Translations under genes and position numbers: made by a program | Part shown: positions 17,177-24,682 of the stretch, piece by piece | Position numbering within the stretch: the first letter of the stretch is position 1 | How the letters are laid out: the number at the start of each line of letters is the position of its first letter | The notes under the pieces: model-generated | Seen by the model: the letters and a program-made list of their open reading frames with translations, nothing else | Told to the model about the DNA's origin: nothing | The model's database searches: none | Origin: an uncultured Candidatus Bathyarchaeia archaeon | Lineage (GTDB): Archaea; Thermoproteota; Bathyarchaeia; 40CM-2-53-6 | Assembly: GCA_964533505.1 (NCBI GenBank) | Contig: CAZHKA010000023.1 | Location: 1 to 32,000, forward strand | Direction of reading: 5' to 3' | DNA length: 32,000 nt

Positions 17177-17929
17177 CTAGGTCAACCGCAAGTTTCTCGT
17201 TCGTATCTTGACATTGTGGCCGTCCAAGTTGTGGATGGATTCAACTGGAAGTCTCCCCAGAATAAGCAGCCCGCCAACCCCCATAGCGGGGTCGTTCTCT
17301 TTCTCCTCGCGAGCTAATTTCATCCCATTTTTTGATTCAAGTTGAAGCTGTGCGATTCGCCTACCCGGGTAGGCAGTCAAGAACTCTAAGAACTTAGAAG
17401 GGCAACTTAGAAGGGCTCGATGCAATTTGCGAATCTCTTGCTTTTTCTTTGCTTGCTCTCGTGCCTCCAGAACAATTGAATCCCACCTATGTGACAGGTA
17501 TTTTTCGGCTCGCCATCGCCCTTCAGACGTTGCAATGTATTTCAGTAGTTTAGTAGGGTTGACCACATATGTTACAGCGAACATCCGAGTCTTGCCAAAA
17601 TAGCGCACCCATCCTCTTCGAAGCAACCGGATGTTTATGCCATAAGGTTGCTTCGTCGGATCATAAACCTCTGGACGCATCTTTCCAGCCCCGATTGCAT
17701 GCACGAGCAGTTCACCGAGGAAAAACATTGTACCACTGAATTTCGGTCGTTGATAGAAGAAGAAATCCTCAAGATCATCACGTGCATCTATGATCGTTCG
17801 ACAAAACGCCACATTATGAGCCCCTGGAAAGCTAACAGAACGGAACGTACCCCCAAGGCGGGTCGTCAATCCATAAGGCTTAAAACTTAAACCTACTTCC
17901 GCCGCAAGTGTTTGTGTTGATGATGTCAA
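17177..17929 (-). CDS. Uncharacterised protein at the head of the cas1-cas2-cas4 cassette; possibly Csa1-like, judged by position only
   Basis: 250-aa ORF on the same strand, directly upstream of cas1. The order X-cas1-cas2-cas4 matches type I-A adaptation cassettes (csa1-cas1-cas2-cas4). I could not confirm a PD-(D/E)xK motif. The start is uncertain: TTG 17929 overlaps the divergent neighbour, and TTG 17869 or later starts are possible. Confidence 0.3.
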   Translation of the reverse strand: MTSSTQTLAAEVGLSFKPYGLTTRLGGTFRSVSFPGAHNVAFCRTIIDARDDLEDFFFYQRPKFSGTMFFLGELLVHAIGAGKMRPEVYDPTKQPYGINIRLLRRGWVRYFGKTRMFAVTYVVNPTKLLKYIATSEGRWRAEKYLSHRWDSIVLEAREQAKKKQEIRKLHRALLSCPSKFLEFLTAYPGRRIAQLQLESKNGMKLAREEKENDPAMGVGGLLILGRLPVESIHNLDGHNVKIRTRNLRLT

Positions 17930-18819
17930 AGAGGCAGGCGTTAGTTACTCTTCTCTTGCTTTGTGCAGCGATTACACCGATGATTCAGGTTGCAGTTGCT
18001 AATGGACAAGATTTTACAGCCACTCTAATCGAAAATCGAGGTGACGGAGGCGGAAACAGGCCTAGTCCTCCTCCCAGAACCGGCGGAGGGGGTCCTCCCG
18101 GTCGTGGGAGTGGTCCTCCTCGACCTAATCCTCCCGCTATCAGCCTCCCTACCGCGCCGGGCCCAACTATCTCTCGGCCTACCGCTGGACCTTCGTTCAC
18201 AGGATCCAGGCCCTCATTCACTGCTTCATTCACGCCTTCATTCTCACGTTCGTTCACGCCTTCCGTGAGTTTCAGCTTCACCCGTAGCCTTTTCACGAGT
18301 TTTAGCTTCGACACTTCAGCTTGGACGGGAATCACCTTCACTCGTACTTACGAAACTAGTTACACGTTTAATCCCACTTTCACGTATACGTACGCTACTA
18401 CAACCAACTGGTATGGGTGGGGAGGATATTGGTATCCTGGAATGGGATGGTACCAACAACCCGTCTACTACAATCCGAGTACCGGATCCTTCACTCTGGA
18501 TCGAACGCTCTATGACCAAAACCAAAATCCATGCCTCTACTACGACTATTTCGTGTTCGATGCTCCAGCCGGACTGTCCGTAACCGCGCAAGTCTGGACA
18601 TCGGGTGCGCCAGTCAGTTACATGATTGTTCCTTCGTCGGTAGTTTCGCTTCTCACGAGTCCTAGTGGTTGCAGCACACTTGGAAGTTTGGGCCAAGGCG
18701 GGTCGTTTGGGTCAACTCCCACTCTATTGAGTTGGACAGCGCCTCAGAACAATCAATACGCGATTATCTTCTACTCAACAACATTGAACGGCAGTACCGT
18801 CTATTTCATCCCTCAATAA
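17908..18819 (+). CDS. Secreted protein with a Pro/Gly-rich linker, Ser-Phe-Thr low-complexity repeats and a C-terminal beta-rich domain
   Basis: Signal-like segment MMSKRQALVTLLLLCAAITPMIQVAVANG (probable start ATG 17920), then GGGNRPSPPPRTGGGGPPGRGSGPPRPNPP, then PSFTGSRPSFTASFTPSFSRSFTPSVSFSFTRSLFTSFSF. Confidence 0.6.
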   Translation: MFVLMMSKRQALVTLLLLCAAITPMIQVAVANGQDFTATLIENRGDGGGNRPSPPPRTGGGGPPGRGSGPPRPNPPAISLPTAPGPTISRPTAGPSFTGSRPSFTASFTPSFSRSFTPSVSFSFTRSLFTSFSFDTSAWTGITFTRTYETSYTFNPTFTYTYATTTNWYGWGGYWYPGMGWYQQPVYYNPSTGSFTLDRTLYDQNQNPCLYYDYFVFDAPAGLSVTAQVWTSGAPVSYMIVPSSVVSLLTSPSGCSTLGSLGQGGSFGSTPTLLSWTAPQNNQYAIIFYSTTLNGSTVYFIPQ

Positions 18820-19054
18820 TCAGATCCTGGCGCGTCGATGCGAAGATCGCGCCTCCATTCTCCTCCTTGGCTATTCCTAGTGAACGCTACAGAACATAAT
18901 ATCCGCAATCTGAATCGCAGATTAAAGAAAATGAATCTTAGGAGCTGTGTTGTTATGCGTGTGCATCTCTTGATGTGACTCAGTTGTAACGTAGTCGGTC
19001 TTCCAAGCGACTCCTTGTCAGCCGAGGAGTCGCCGCTGCCGCCTAGAACGGAGG

Positions 19055-19252
19055 TTAGAAGAAAATGATAAGATAAGAGCAGATAAGAGCAGTATCTTCA
19101 GTTTCAATGCCTGAATCTTGCATGAAGAGTTGTAGGAGATTGGCGCACTCCCGGATTCCAAGTCCTTGGCTAGAAATGCTTGGCTGCCTAAGCAGGGATC
19201 GGAAGTCTTCGAGCATTTCGTCTCGCACGTAGGCGGCAGATTGCTGATCCAT
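19055..19252 (-). pseudogene. N-terminal fragment of an M20-family (ArgE/DapE/CPG2-like) peptidase
   Basis: DEMLEDFRSLLRQPSISSQGLGIRECANLLQLFMQDSGIETE resembles the M20 N-terminus. The ORF ends after 65 aa. Confidence 0.35.
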
Positions 19253-19347
19253 TCAATCCACTGATTGGAATTGAGGTCGCACACGTTGAAAACGGTTTCT
19301 TACGTCAAATAAAAATGTCTGCGGGATACGCGAAGTGTCGCGGGTCC

Positions 19348-19488
19348 TTAGGTACTCAGACGTTTCTCCATTTTGGCTAATTTTCTTCCCACGATTTTCT
19401 TGGCGATTTTTACTCTACGTTTGGTCCTACGGATTTTACGTTTAGTCTGACGGATCTTACGTCTAGTCTTACGATCGGCTTGGGGCAT
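19348..19488 (-). CDS. Candidate 46-aa highly basic small protein
   Basis: Manual translation gives MPQADRKTRRKIRQTKRKIRRTKRRVKIAKKIVGRKLAKMEKRLST. It is below the ORF-track size cutoff and has no clear SD sequence. Confidence 0.3.
   Translation of the reverse strand: MPQADRKTRRKIRQTKRKIRRTKRRVKIAKKIVGRKLAKMEKRLST
19415..19477. repeat. Tandem 21-bp repeat, 3 copies
   Basis: The units are ctacgtttggtcctacggatt, ttacgtttagtctgacggatc and ttacgtctagtcttacgatcg. They encode the heptads RKTRRKI, RQTKRKI and RRTKRRV on the minus strand. Confidence 0.8.
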
Positions 19489-19933
19489 AAAGATCAAGCG
19501 GGCGTTTCAATTCTAATGTAATAAGAGTTCCTGATGGTTCTCGGTTAGCTCTCCACTTTCGTTGCAGACCACCGAATCGGAATATTAGACTTGGCTCTAA
19601 CGCAGAATACTCTGATACCAATGACACCAAACTGTGTGAAATGTGGTAGCCCAATGCGGTTGTTGTAGAGCTTCACCAAGCTGAAGGGTGAGAAGCGGGT
19701 TACAATTCGTTATACCCCACCCCAACCCAAAAGGGGGTACAGAGATTTCCCGGCTCAGATTTCGTGGAAGTCAACGTTCATCAGCGGCTCTGAGAAGAGC
19801 CAATCTTTCTTCTAAGAGCAAATACATGGTTTTCGGGGATTTGGATTTTCACGAAAGCCTCTCTTTCTACTCAGGCTCAACAATAACGTAAGTTGTAAAT
19901 CTCTAGTGAACCGATTAGGCTAGGGGTAAGGGT

Positions 19934-20404
19934 ACGGGTAAGTCTAAGGGAATTTTTCTTCTTTCTGCATGCTTCCTACTGCTAACAATAATTGAGGGAG
20001 TTCGCGCTCAACCGGGCATCACCGTTACCACGGACAAGAGCACTTATCATCCTGGCGACTCGGTCATCATCACCATTACGATTTCGAGCGTACCCTCCGA
20101 CACGTGCTTCCCCGTCGGAATAACTCCTATCACATCTCAGAATTTGCCTCTCTATTCTATTGGGGAGGTCTGTGGTTTGGGCGGTAAGTTGGCATGGACG
20201 ATTCCCAACAACGCAACGCTTGGCCTTTATGATGTCGAGGTCAGCACAGCCCCGGCGTCAGGGTTTAACGCATATGAATCATACGCTGTGTTCACAGTGA
20301 CAGGCCCGACACCCGTACCTGAAACACCATCAGTTCTAGGGTTACTACTTCCGGCATTGCTAGTAGGAATCTACGTCTCAAGAAGAAAGAGAACAGTTAG
20401 GTGA
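19934..20404 (+). pseudogene. Secreted Ig-like protein with a PEP-CTERM-like C-terminal sorting signal (paralog 1); the start codon is apparently mutated to ACG
   Basis: The frame is open from 19919. It encodes a signal peptide KGIFLLSACFLLLTIIEGVRAQPGITVTTDKSTYHPGDSV that is collinear with the 24683 paralog. ACG (19934) stands where the paralog has ATG, and the only canonical start (TTG 20144) would delete the signal peptide. The C-terminus is PVPETPSVLGLLLPALLVGIYVSRRKRTVR. Confidence 0.55.
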
Positions 20405-20425
20405 GTCGGAGTTAGTTAGTCGAAG

Positions 20426-20515
20426 TTAGTTAGTAACTACGACCATCTGCTGTCCACAACAGTTTTCCGCCACAACCGCCTCTCTTCCGCATGCGGCACA
20501 TCTGTACACGGGCAT
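20426..20515 (-). CDS. Candidate 29-aa Cys-rich mini-protein
   Basis: GGAGGTGAGG is followed by ATG, giving MPVYRCAACGREAVVAENCCGQQMVVVTN. The 96-aa track ORF upstream of this ATG runs through the conserved non-coding module and is unlikely to be coding. Confidence 0.3.
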   Translation of the reverse strand: MPVYRCAACGREAVVAENCCGQQMVVVTN

Positions 20516-20713
20516 CAGAACCTCACCTCCAGACAAAAAGCTCCGCATCACTAAGCGCCCATTGATGCGTATATTTGATTTTCCCATCTGCGAACCGTAT
20601 TGGATATGCATCCCGTGTATCCGAAGGTCTGAATTTATGGCGTTTGGGTTGATTTTGTATTGGAGTTGGGTTTCGAGAGAATTGGGCTTCGCCCGTGTAT
20701 GCGTGGAGTATAA

Positions 20714-20758
20714 CAAAATAAGAAAATAAGGCGGAACGGCCCGCCGCTCGTGCGAGCC
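20714..20758 (-). terminator. Putative terminator after sORF A: two GC hairpins plus a T-tract
   Basis: On the minus strand: GCTCG-CA-CGAGC, then GGCGG-GCCGTT-CCGCC, then TTATTTTCTTATTTTG. Conserved in copy B (27467..27511), where the only change falls in a loop. Confidence 0.4.
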
Positions 20759-20845
20759 CTAAGCTACGATTTCCTCTTGTCGAATGTTCTTGTCGTGCTC
20801 AGTATCTAGTCTCATTCTAACTTTCTTTTTTGGTCTCGGCGCCAT
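20759..20845 (-). CDS. Small basic peptide, family member A (28 aa)
   Basis: AGGAGGTGTTTACAG precedes the ATG. The product is MAPRPKKKVRMRLDTEHDKNIRQEEIVA. Confidence 0.45.
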   Translation of the reverse strand: MAPRPKKKVRMRLDTEHDKNIRQEEIVA

Positions 20846-21092
20846 CTGTAAACACCTCCTATCATTAACCGGGAAGGCCTAAGCATGTCGGCATATAAGG
20901 GGAGTTGGAGATACAGTCGAAATAGGTAATTATACTCCATTTCCACCCAGTAGAATAGGGGCGAAGGGTATCCTTGTTGACGTGGCCGGGCAAGATGCCT
21001 TCTATAGATGAAGCTCACGCAACTGCGAAATCTTTGTTAGGTATGAGCTTTCTTGCGGTCAAGCAACCTACACTCCTTACCTCAGTCCTAGC

Positions 21093-21329
21093 TCAGAATT
21101 TGCAGTTCGAAACAGGAAATTCTCGCTGACGGTGAACCTGATGAAGCATGCGATTTGAACCGGAGTTATCAAATCCCAATTTGCCGACTACCCTACGTTT
21201 TGCTCTACAGGCGGAAGGAATATGCAACAGTTTGTTCATCTGGGCATTTTTGCATTCTCCACAATAAACGCACATCAATACTCCGAACGGCATCGCATGA
21301 TGATATTCATGGTCATGTTCGTGAATCAT
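21093..21329 (-). CDS. His/Cys-rich hypothetical protein
   Basis: An internal ATG gives MIHEHDHEYHHAMPFGVLMCVYCGECKNAQ... (78 aa). The longer 128-aa track ORF is also possible. No family recognised. Confidence 0.3.
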   Translation of the reverse strand: MIHEHDHEYHHAMPFGVLMCVYCGECKNAQMNKLLHIPSACRAKRRVVGKLGFDNSGSNRMLHQVHRQREFPVSNCKF

Positions 21330-21946
21330 GACAGGTTCACTACGGCTACCAAGATTCAAGCACCACTTAAACGGGCGGCACCTCTTGTGTGCACCACGGA
21401 TGAGTCTCTGCGATTCTCGAGGCGTTTCTGTTCGTTGAGGGCGGCCATCAAACCGGATCTGCAAACCCTGACTATTCACTCCGTAGGAGGCGGTTTTGTG
21501 TATTGGAATGCCGAACGCATATGTGACGGAGGAAGACTGAGAGAATAAGAATCTGCAATGTCATAGAAGAGACGAGTTTCAAAAGCCCCGCCCTCAAACG
21601 TCACGTATCGAAGTCTGTTCGCATAAGCGTATGAGGCATCATCTAGCTAAGATCGTGCTCAAGTTGGTAGGATTTTTACATGTCCGAAGTCTCTTCAGAA
21701 CCAGACACCAAGTACCTAGATCCCCGGGATTCGCACCATCAGTGCGTACGCACACAATTTGAACTGTCGTCGTTCGTTGGGGCGGACCGAAGATTGTTTT
21801 CCTTATCACGATAAGTTCGAGAGGACATAGCTTGTTGAGCAGCATGATCTTGGGGAGCGTCTGCCGTAATCCGACACGCCACCTGTCCAGTGTTAGTGGT
21901 AAGGTAATGACCGGTCGCTTGTCTGGGGCATGCAACGGATTCGACA

Positions 21947-22210
21947 CTATTTCCTCGCTAATGAACCAATGGGATCCCAGAAGGGTAAAACTACGGGTTC
22001 GGTGTCAAGGACCTTCACGAGTTCTGGGGACAGATACTCCTTCCTCACAATAGCTTCGTAGAGATAGTCGTCGAACCATTCATCCATCATGTACATGTAC
22101 CCTTTATGGCCTACTGCTGCTCCCCAGCTGTTTTCAACTCGCCATTTCCTAGGATTGCCTTTCTGTTTCGGGGGTTCTCGTTGAATGATTGAGAAAAGAG
22201 TGCTATATCT
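21947..22210 (-). pseudogene. C-terminal fragment of aminopeptidase C / bleomycin-hydrolase-like (C1B) cysteine peptidase
   Basis: Manual translation gives ...KGNPRKWRVENSWGAAVGHKGYMYMMDEWFDDYLYEAIVRKEYLSPELVKVLDTEPVVLPFWDPIGSLARK, which matches the conserved PepC C-terminus. An in-frame TGA lies upstream, and the remaining N-terminal ~350 aa are missing or scrambled. Confidence 0.6.
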
Positions 22211-22342
22211 TCAAAACTCAAACGCTTTTCCAATGACTTCCCGACTCGACGTAGTTTCATTAGCAGCCAAAATATGCTTTCCTACAACAACCCCTTTTGT
22301 GGAAGCTGAATTGTTGAACTCGTTCTGTCTCAGGGGAAATAG

Positions 22343-22830
22343 TCAGGAAAGCCGCATCGGGCGGTAGGGGGACTCTTTCTCAGCCTCGGCTATCTCCTTC
22401 TTCACGACTTTAAAGTAGACGATCCATACGAGCGCAAGCATCGCGATGAGCCCGACCACATCCGGTAAGATCGTGGCCACCGTATCAAAAAGGCCGTGCA
22501 GAAGCGCCGCGATCCCCAACCCGTAAAGCGCAAGCCACGAACGGCCGCGCACTTTCGCTTCTCCAAGATAGAACCCTATAATGCTCTCAGGATGCCAACT
22601 CCGACGCCATATTGGAAAACGTAAAACGCCGTTCCTAGTCTCTGATGCTTTCGCCTCAGGTTTGGGCTGGTGACATCACTCGACTTCCTTTCCTCCTCCA
22701 TGAATGGAGAGCGCTGAGGGGGACCCAGGCAAATGAAATTGTCTTCAATAGGCGTATGCCCGCTTTGATCTATGAGAAAATCAGAACCGGCCGGTTTTCC
22801 TCATTGGGCGCCACAGAGAGAAGTTAGTCT
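22343..22830 (-). pseudogene. PrsW-family intramembrane protease remnant
   Basis: The 22343..22552 ORF carries GFYLGEAKVRGRSWLALYGLGIAALLHGLFD-like C-terminal helices. Upstream pieces (VAPNEE..., YGVGVGI...) lie in other frames interrupted by stops. Confidence 0.5.
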
Positions 22831-22938
22831 TCGCTGACAAACCTAACGTGATAGGTTTGCTGCTGCTACGATACTGGTACCATGACAAGAGGAAAGGAAT
22901 TACTTTCAGTCAATTGAGACCTAGGATCTGGTAAAGCC

Positions 22939-23979
22939 ATGACGTTTAGGAAACCCGCTAGACTAAAACGAAAAGACATAGTAGCGGTCCTCTCGCCGTC
23001 GAAGGGGCTTCCTAGCAAATTCCCTCAGGTGTACGAGCTTGGAGTAAGGAATCTTGAGAAACTCGGACTAGTTGTGAAGGAATACCCAACAGCCAGGGCT
23101 GATAATCAATTTCCAATTACGAGAATCCCAGGAAGCGGGCGGAGGATGTGAACAATGCGTTCGCTGATCGGGAAGTCAAGGCTATCGTATGTACGATTGG
23201 AGGAGATGAATCTGCAAGGATTCTTCCTTTACTAAACAATGAGGTCATTACAGCTAATCCAAAGATTCTGATGGGATACTCTGACATTACCACACTGCTG
23301 ACTTATTGCACACAACTCGGCTTGGTCACCTTTCACGGTCCCACGATTATGGCCGGTTTCTCGCAGCTTAACTATCTACCAAGGGCTTTCGCTGACCACG
23401 TTTCGGATCTTCTGTTCGACCCAAAGCCAACGTATCTCTACGAGTCCTATGACGAATATTCTGACGGTTACCCTGACTGGACGGACGTAACCAACTTGGG
23501 TAAAGTCAAAACCACCAAGAAGCAATACAGGCTGGAACTGGTTGCAGGGAAACTCCTGCGCACAAGGGGAGCTGTTCGGCGGATGCATCGAGGTATTGGA
23601 GTTCGTTAAAGGGACACCCTATTGGCCAAGACCAGACTTCTGGGAAGGAAAGATTCTCTTTCTGGAAACATCAGAAGAGAAACCGAGCATAACGAACGTC
23701 CAGCGATGGTTGCGCAATTACGGGTTGCACGGAATTTTTGGCAAGATAGGCGGCTTGCTCTTCGGAAGAGCTAGGGACTACTCGGAACCAGAAAAGATGC
23801 AGTTGGATAATGTCATCGTTTCTGTCGTAGCAAAGGAATTCAATCGACCTGACCTACCGATTGTCTCGAACATGGACTTTGGTCACACAGACCCTCAGTT
23901 CATTCTACCCTTAGGAGTGCTAGCTCAAGTTGACTGTCAGGATAAGAAGTTCAGATTGCTGGAATCTGCTGTTCTCTGA
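22939..23979 (+). pseudogene. S66 peptidase (LD-carboxypeptidase / MccF-like) split by two frameshifts
   Basis: Three consecutive track ORFs (22939..23151, 23148..23609, 23542..23979) together form one S66 protein: KDIVAVLSPS..., RAEDVNNAFADREVKAIVCTIGGDES..., GYSDITTLL, GELFGGCIEVL..., ILFLETSEEKP..., NMDFGHTDPQFILPLG. The frame changes near 23105 and near 23550. Confidence 0.75.
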
Positions 23980-24200
23980 GTACAGTGAGATTGGAGATCG
24001 TGATTTCAAAAGTCTGAAGGGAGTGATTCTTCATACGTTTCTGCCATTAGACCACCACAATATCACACTGTTTAATCCCCTATCTGGCCTCCTCTGATCG
24101 ATCGTTTCTTGAACCTGCTGTATGTGCAGAAGCTATATGCCGAAAGTAGTTGCGGCAAATTGGATGGGTCTCTTCACGTCAGCTTTCTTCTTATCCTCGG

Positions 24201-24482
24201 TCATTGTGTTTCCTCCTTTCCGAAGCCATCCATCTTCTGTGCCTTGTATATGGTAGCTGTCTCGCAAAATTCCTTGGTTAGCTCATAGAACTTCTTGGCC
24301 AACTCTTCATCAGGTGTAGTGTAGCAGCTAAAGGTGCTGAAGTCTACGTGGGCCTTATCGAAGTGGGCGTTCAACATCTTATGGACTTTTTCGTAAAAGT
24401 AGGTGCGCCTAGATTCGTTCTTAGTGCTTAGCTCATAATCTATTACGAACAACCATCCACTCACCAACGACATGCCATACAC
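24201..24482 (-). CDS. Hypothetical 93-aa protein, possibly a ferredoxin-like (Cas2/VapD-like) fold
   Basis: The pattern LFVIDYELS...RRTYFYEKVHKML...VDFSTFSCYT...DEELAKKFYELTKEF...ATIYKA resembles the beta-alpha-beta-beta-alpha-beta layout of Cas2. The assignment is weak. Confidence 0.3.
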   Translation of the reverse strand: MYGMSLVSGWLFVIDYELSTKNESRRTYFYEKVHKMLNAHFDKAHVDFSTFSCYTTPDEELAKKFYELTKEFCETATIYKAQKMDGFGKEETQ

Positions 24483-24682
24483 CTGTAGAGCTGAAGCTTT
24501 ACTAGAGTTCCGAATAGTCTTACTTCGGTTTGACTGTTGGAAAGGGGTGAGAAATAATGGGTTTAGATGAGGAGGAAAATGATGATGAACAAAGTAATGA
24601 TGAAGATGGAAGACGAAGAAGATAATGAGGAAATCTTCATTTGCCTTAACTTAAATTCTCTAGTGAACTGAGGAATACGGGT

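Larger units (their letters stand above)
20634..20955 (-). repeat. Duplicated ~320-bp module, copy A (promoter, sORF, structured 3' region)
   Basis: Collinear with 27387..27705. By manual alignment there are about 9 mismatches over the ~155-nt core (20650..20809 versus 27403..27562). Confidence 0.85.

Noticed and set aside
19500-19530. ATTGAAAC, the CRISPR repeat handle, occurs upstream of the basic 46-aa sORF on the minus strand
   Set aside because: Only about 10 of 11 nt match the repeat end and the rest of the repeat is absent. This is probably a chance 8-mer match, not an orphan repeat.
19615-19891. Possible zinc-ribbon start MTPNCVKCGSPMRLL followed by a stop, and the 67-aa ORF 19688..19891
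   Set aside because: The CxxC peptide terminates after 15 codons. The downstream ORF has no recognisable features or second CxxC. It is at best a decayed fragment.
20405-20436. Direct repeat agttagttagt occurring twice between the convergent stops of the sorting-signal gene and the 29-aa ORF
   Set aside because: It is very short and stop-codon-rich. It is most simply an intergenic spacer or bidirectional terminator region, with no further structure.
20812-21018. 68-aa minus-strand ORF, together with 27585..27812 and the upstream part of 20426..20716
   Set aside because: They read through the duplicated module in frames not conserved between the two copies. In the shared region the SD-preceded 26-28 aa sORFs are the only frames preserved.
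21700-21745. T-arm-like string GGTGCGAATCCCGGGG on the minus strand
   Set aside because: No complementary 5' T-stem strand, acceptor stem or anticodon arm could be found around it, so it is not a tRNA.
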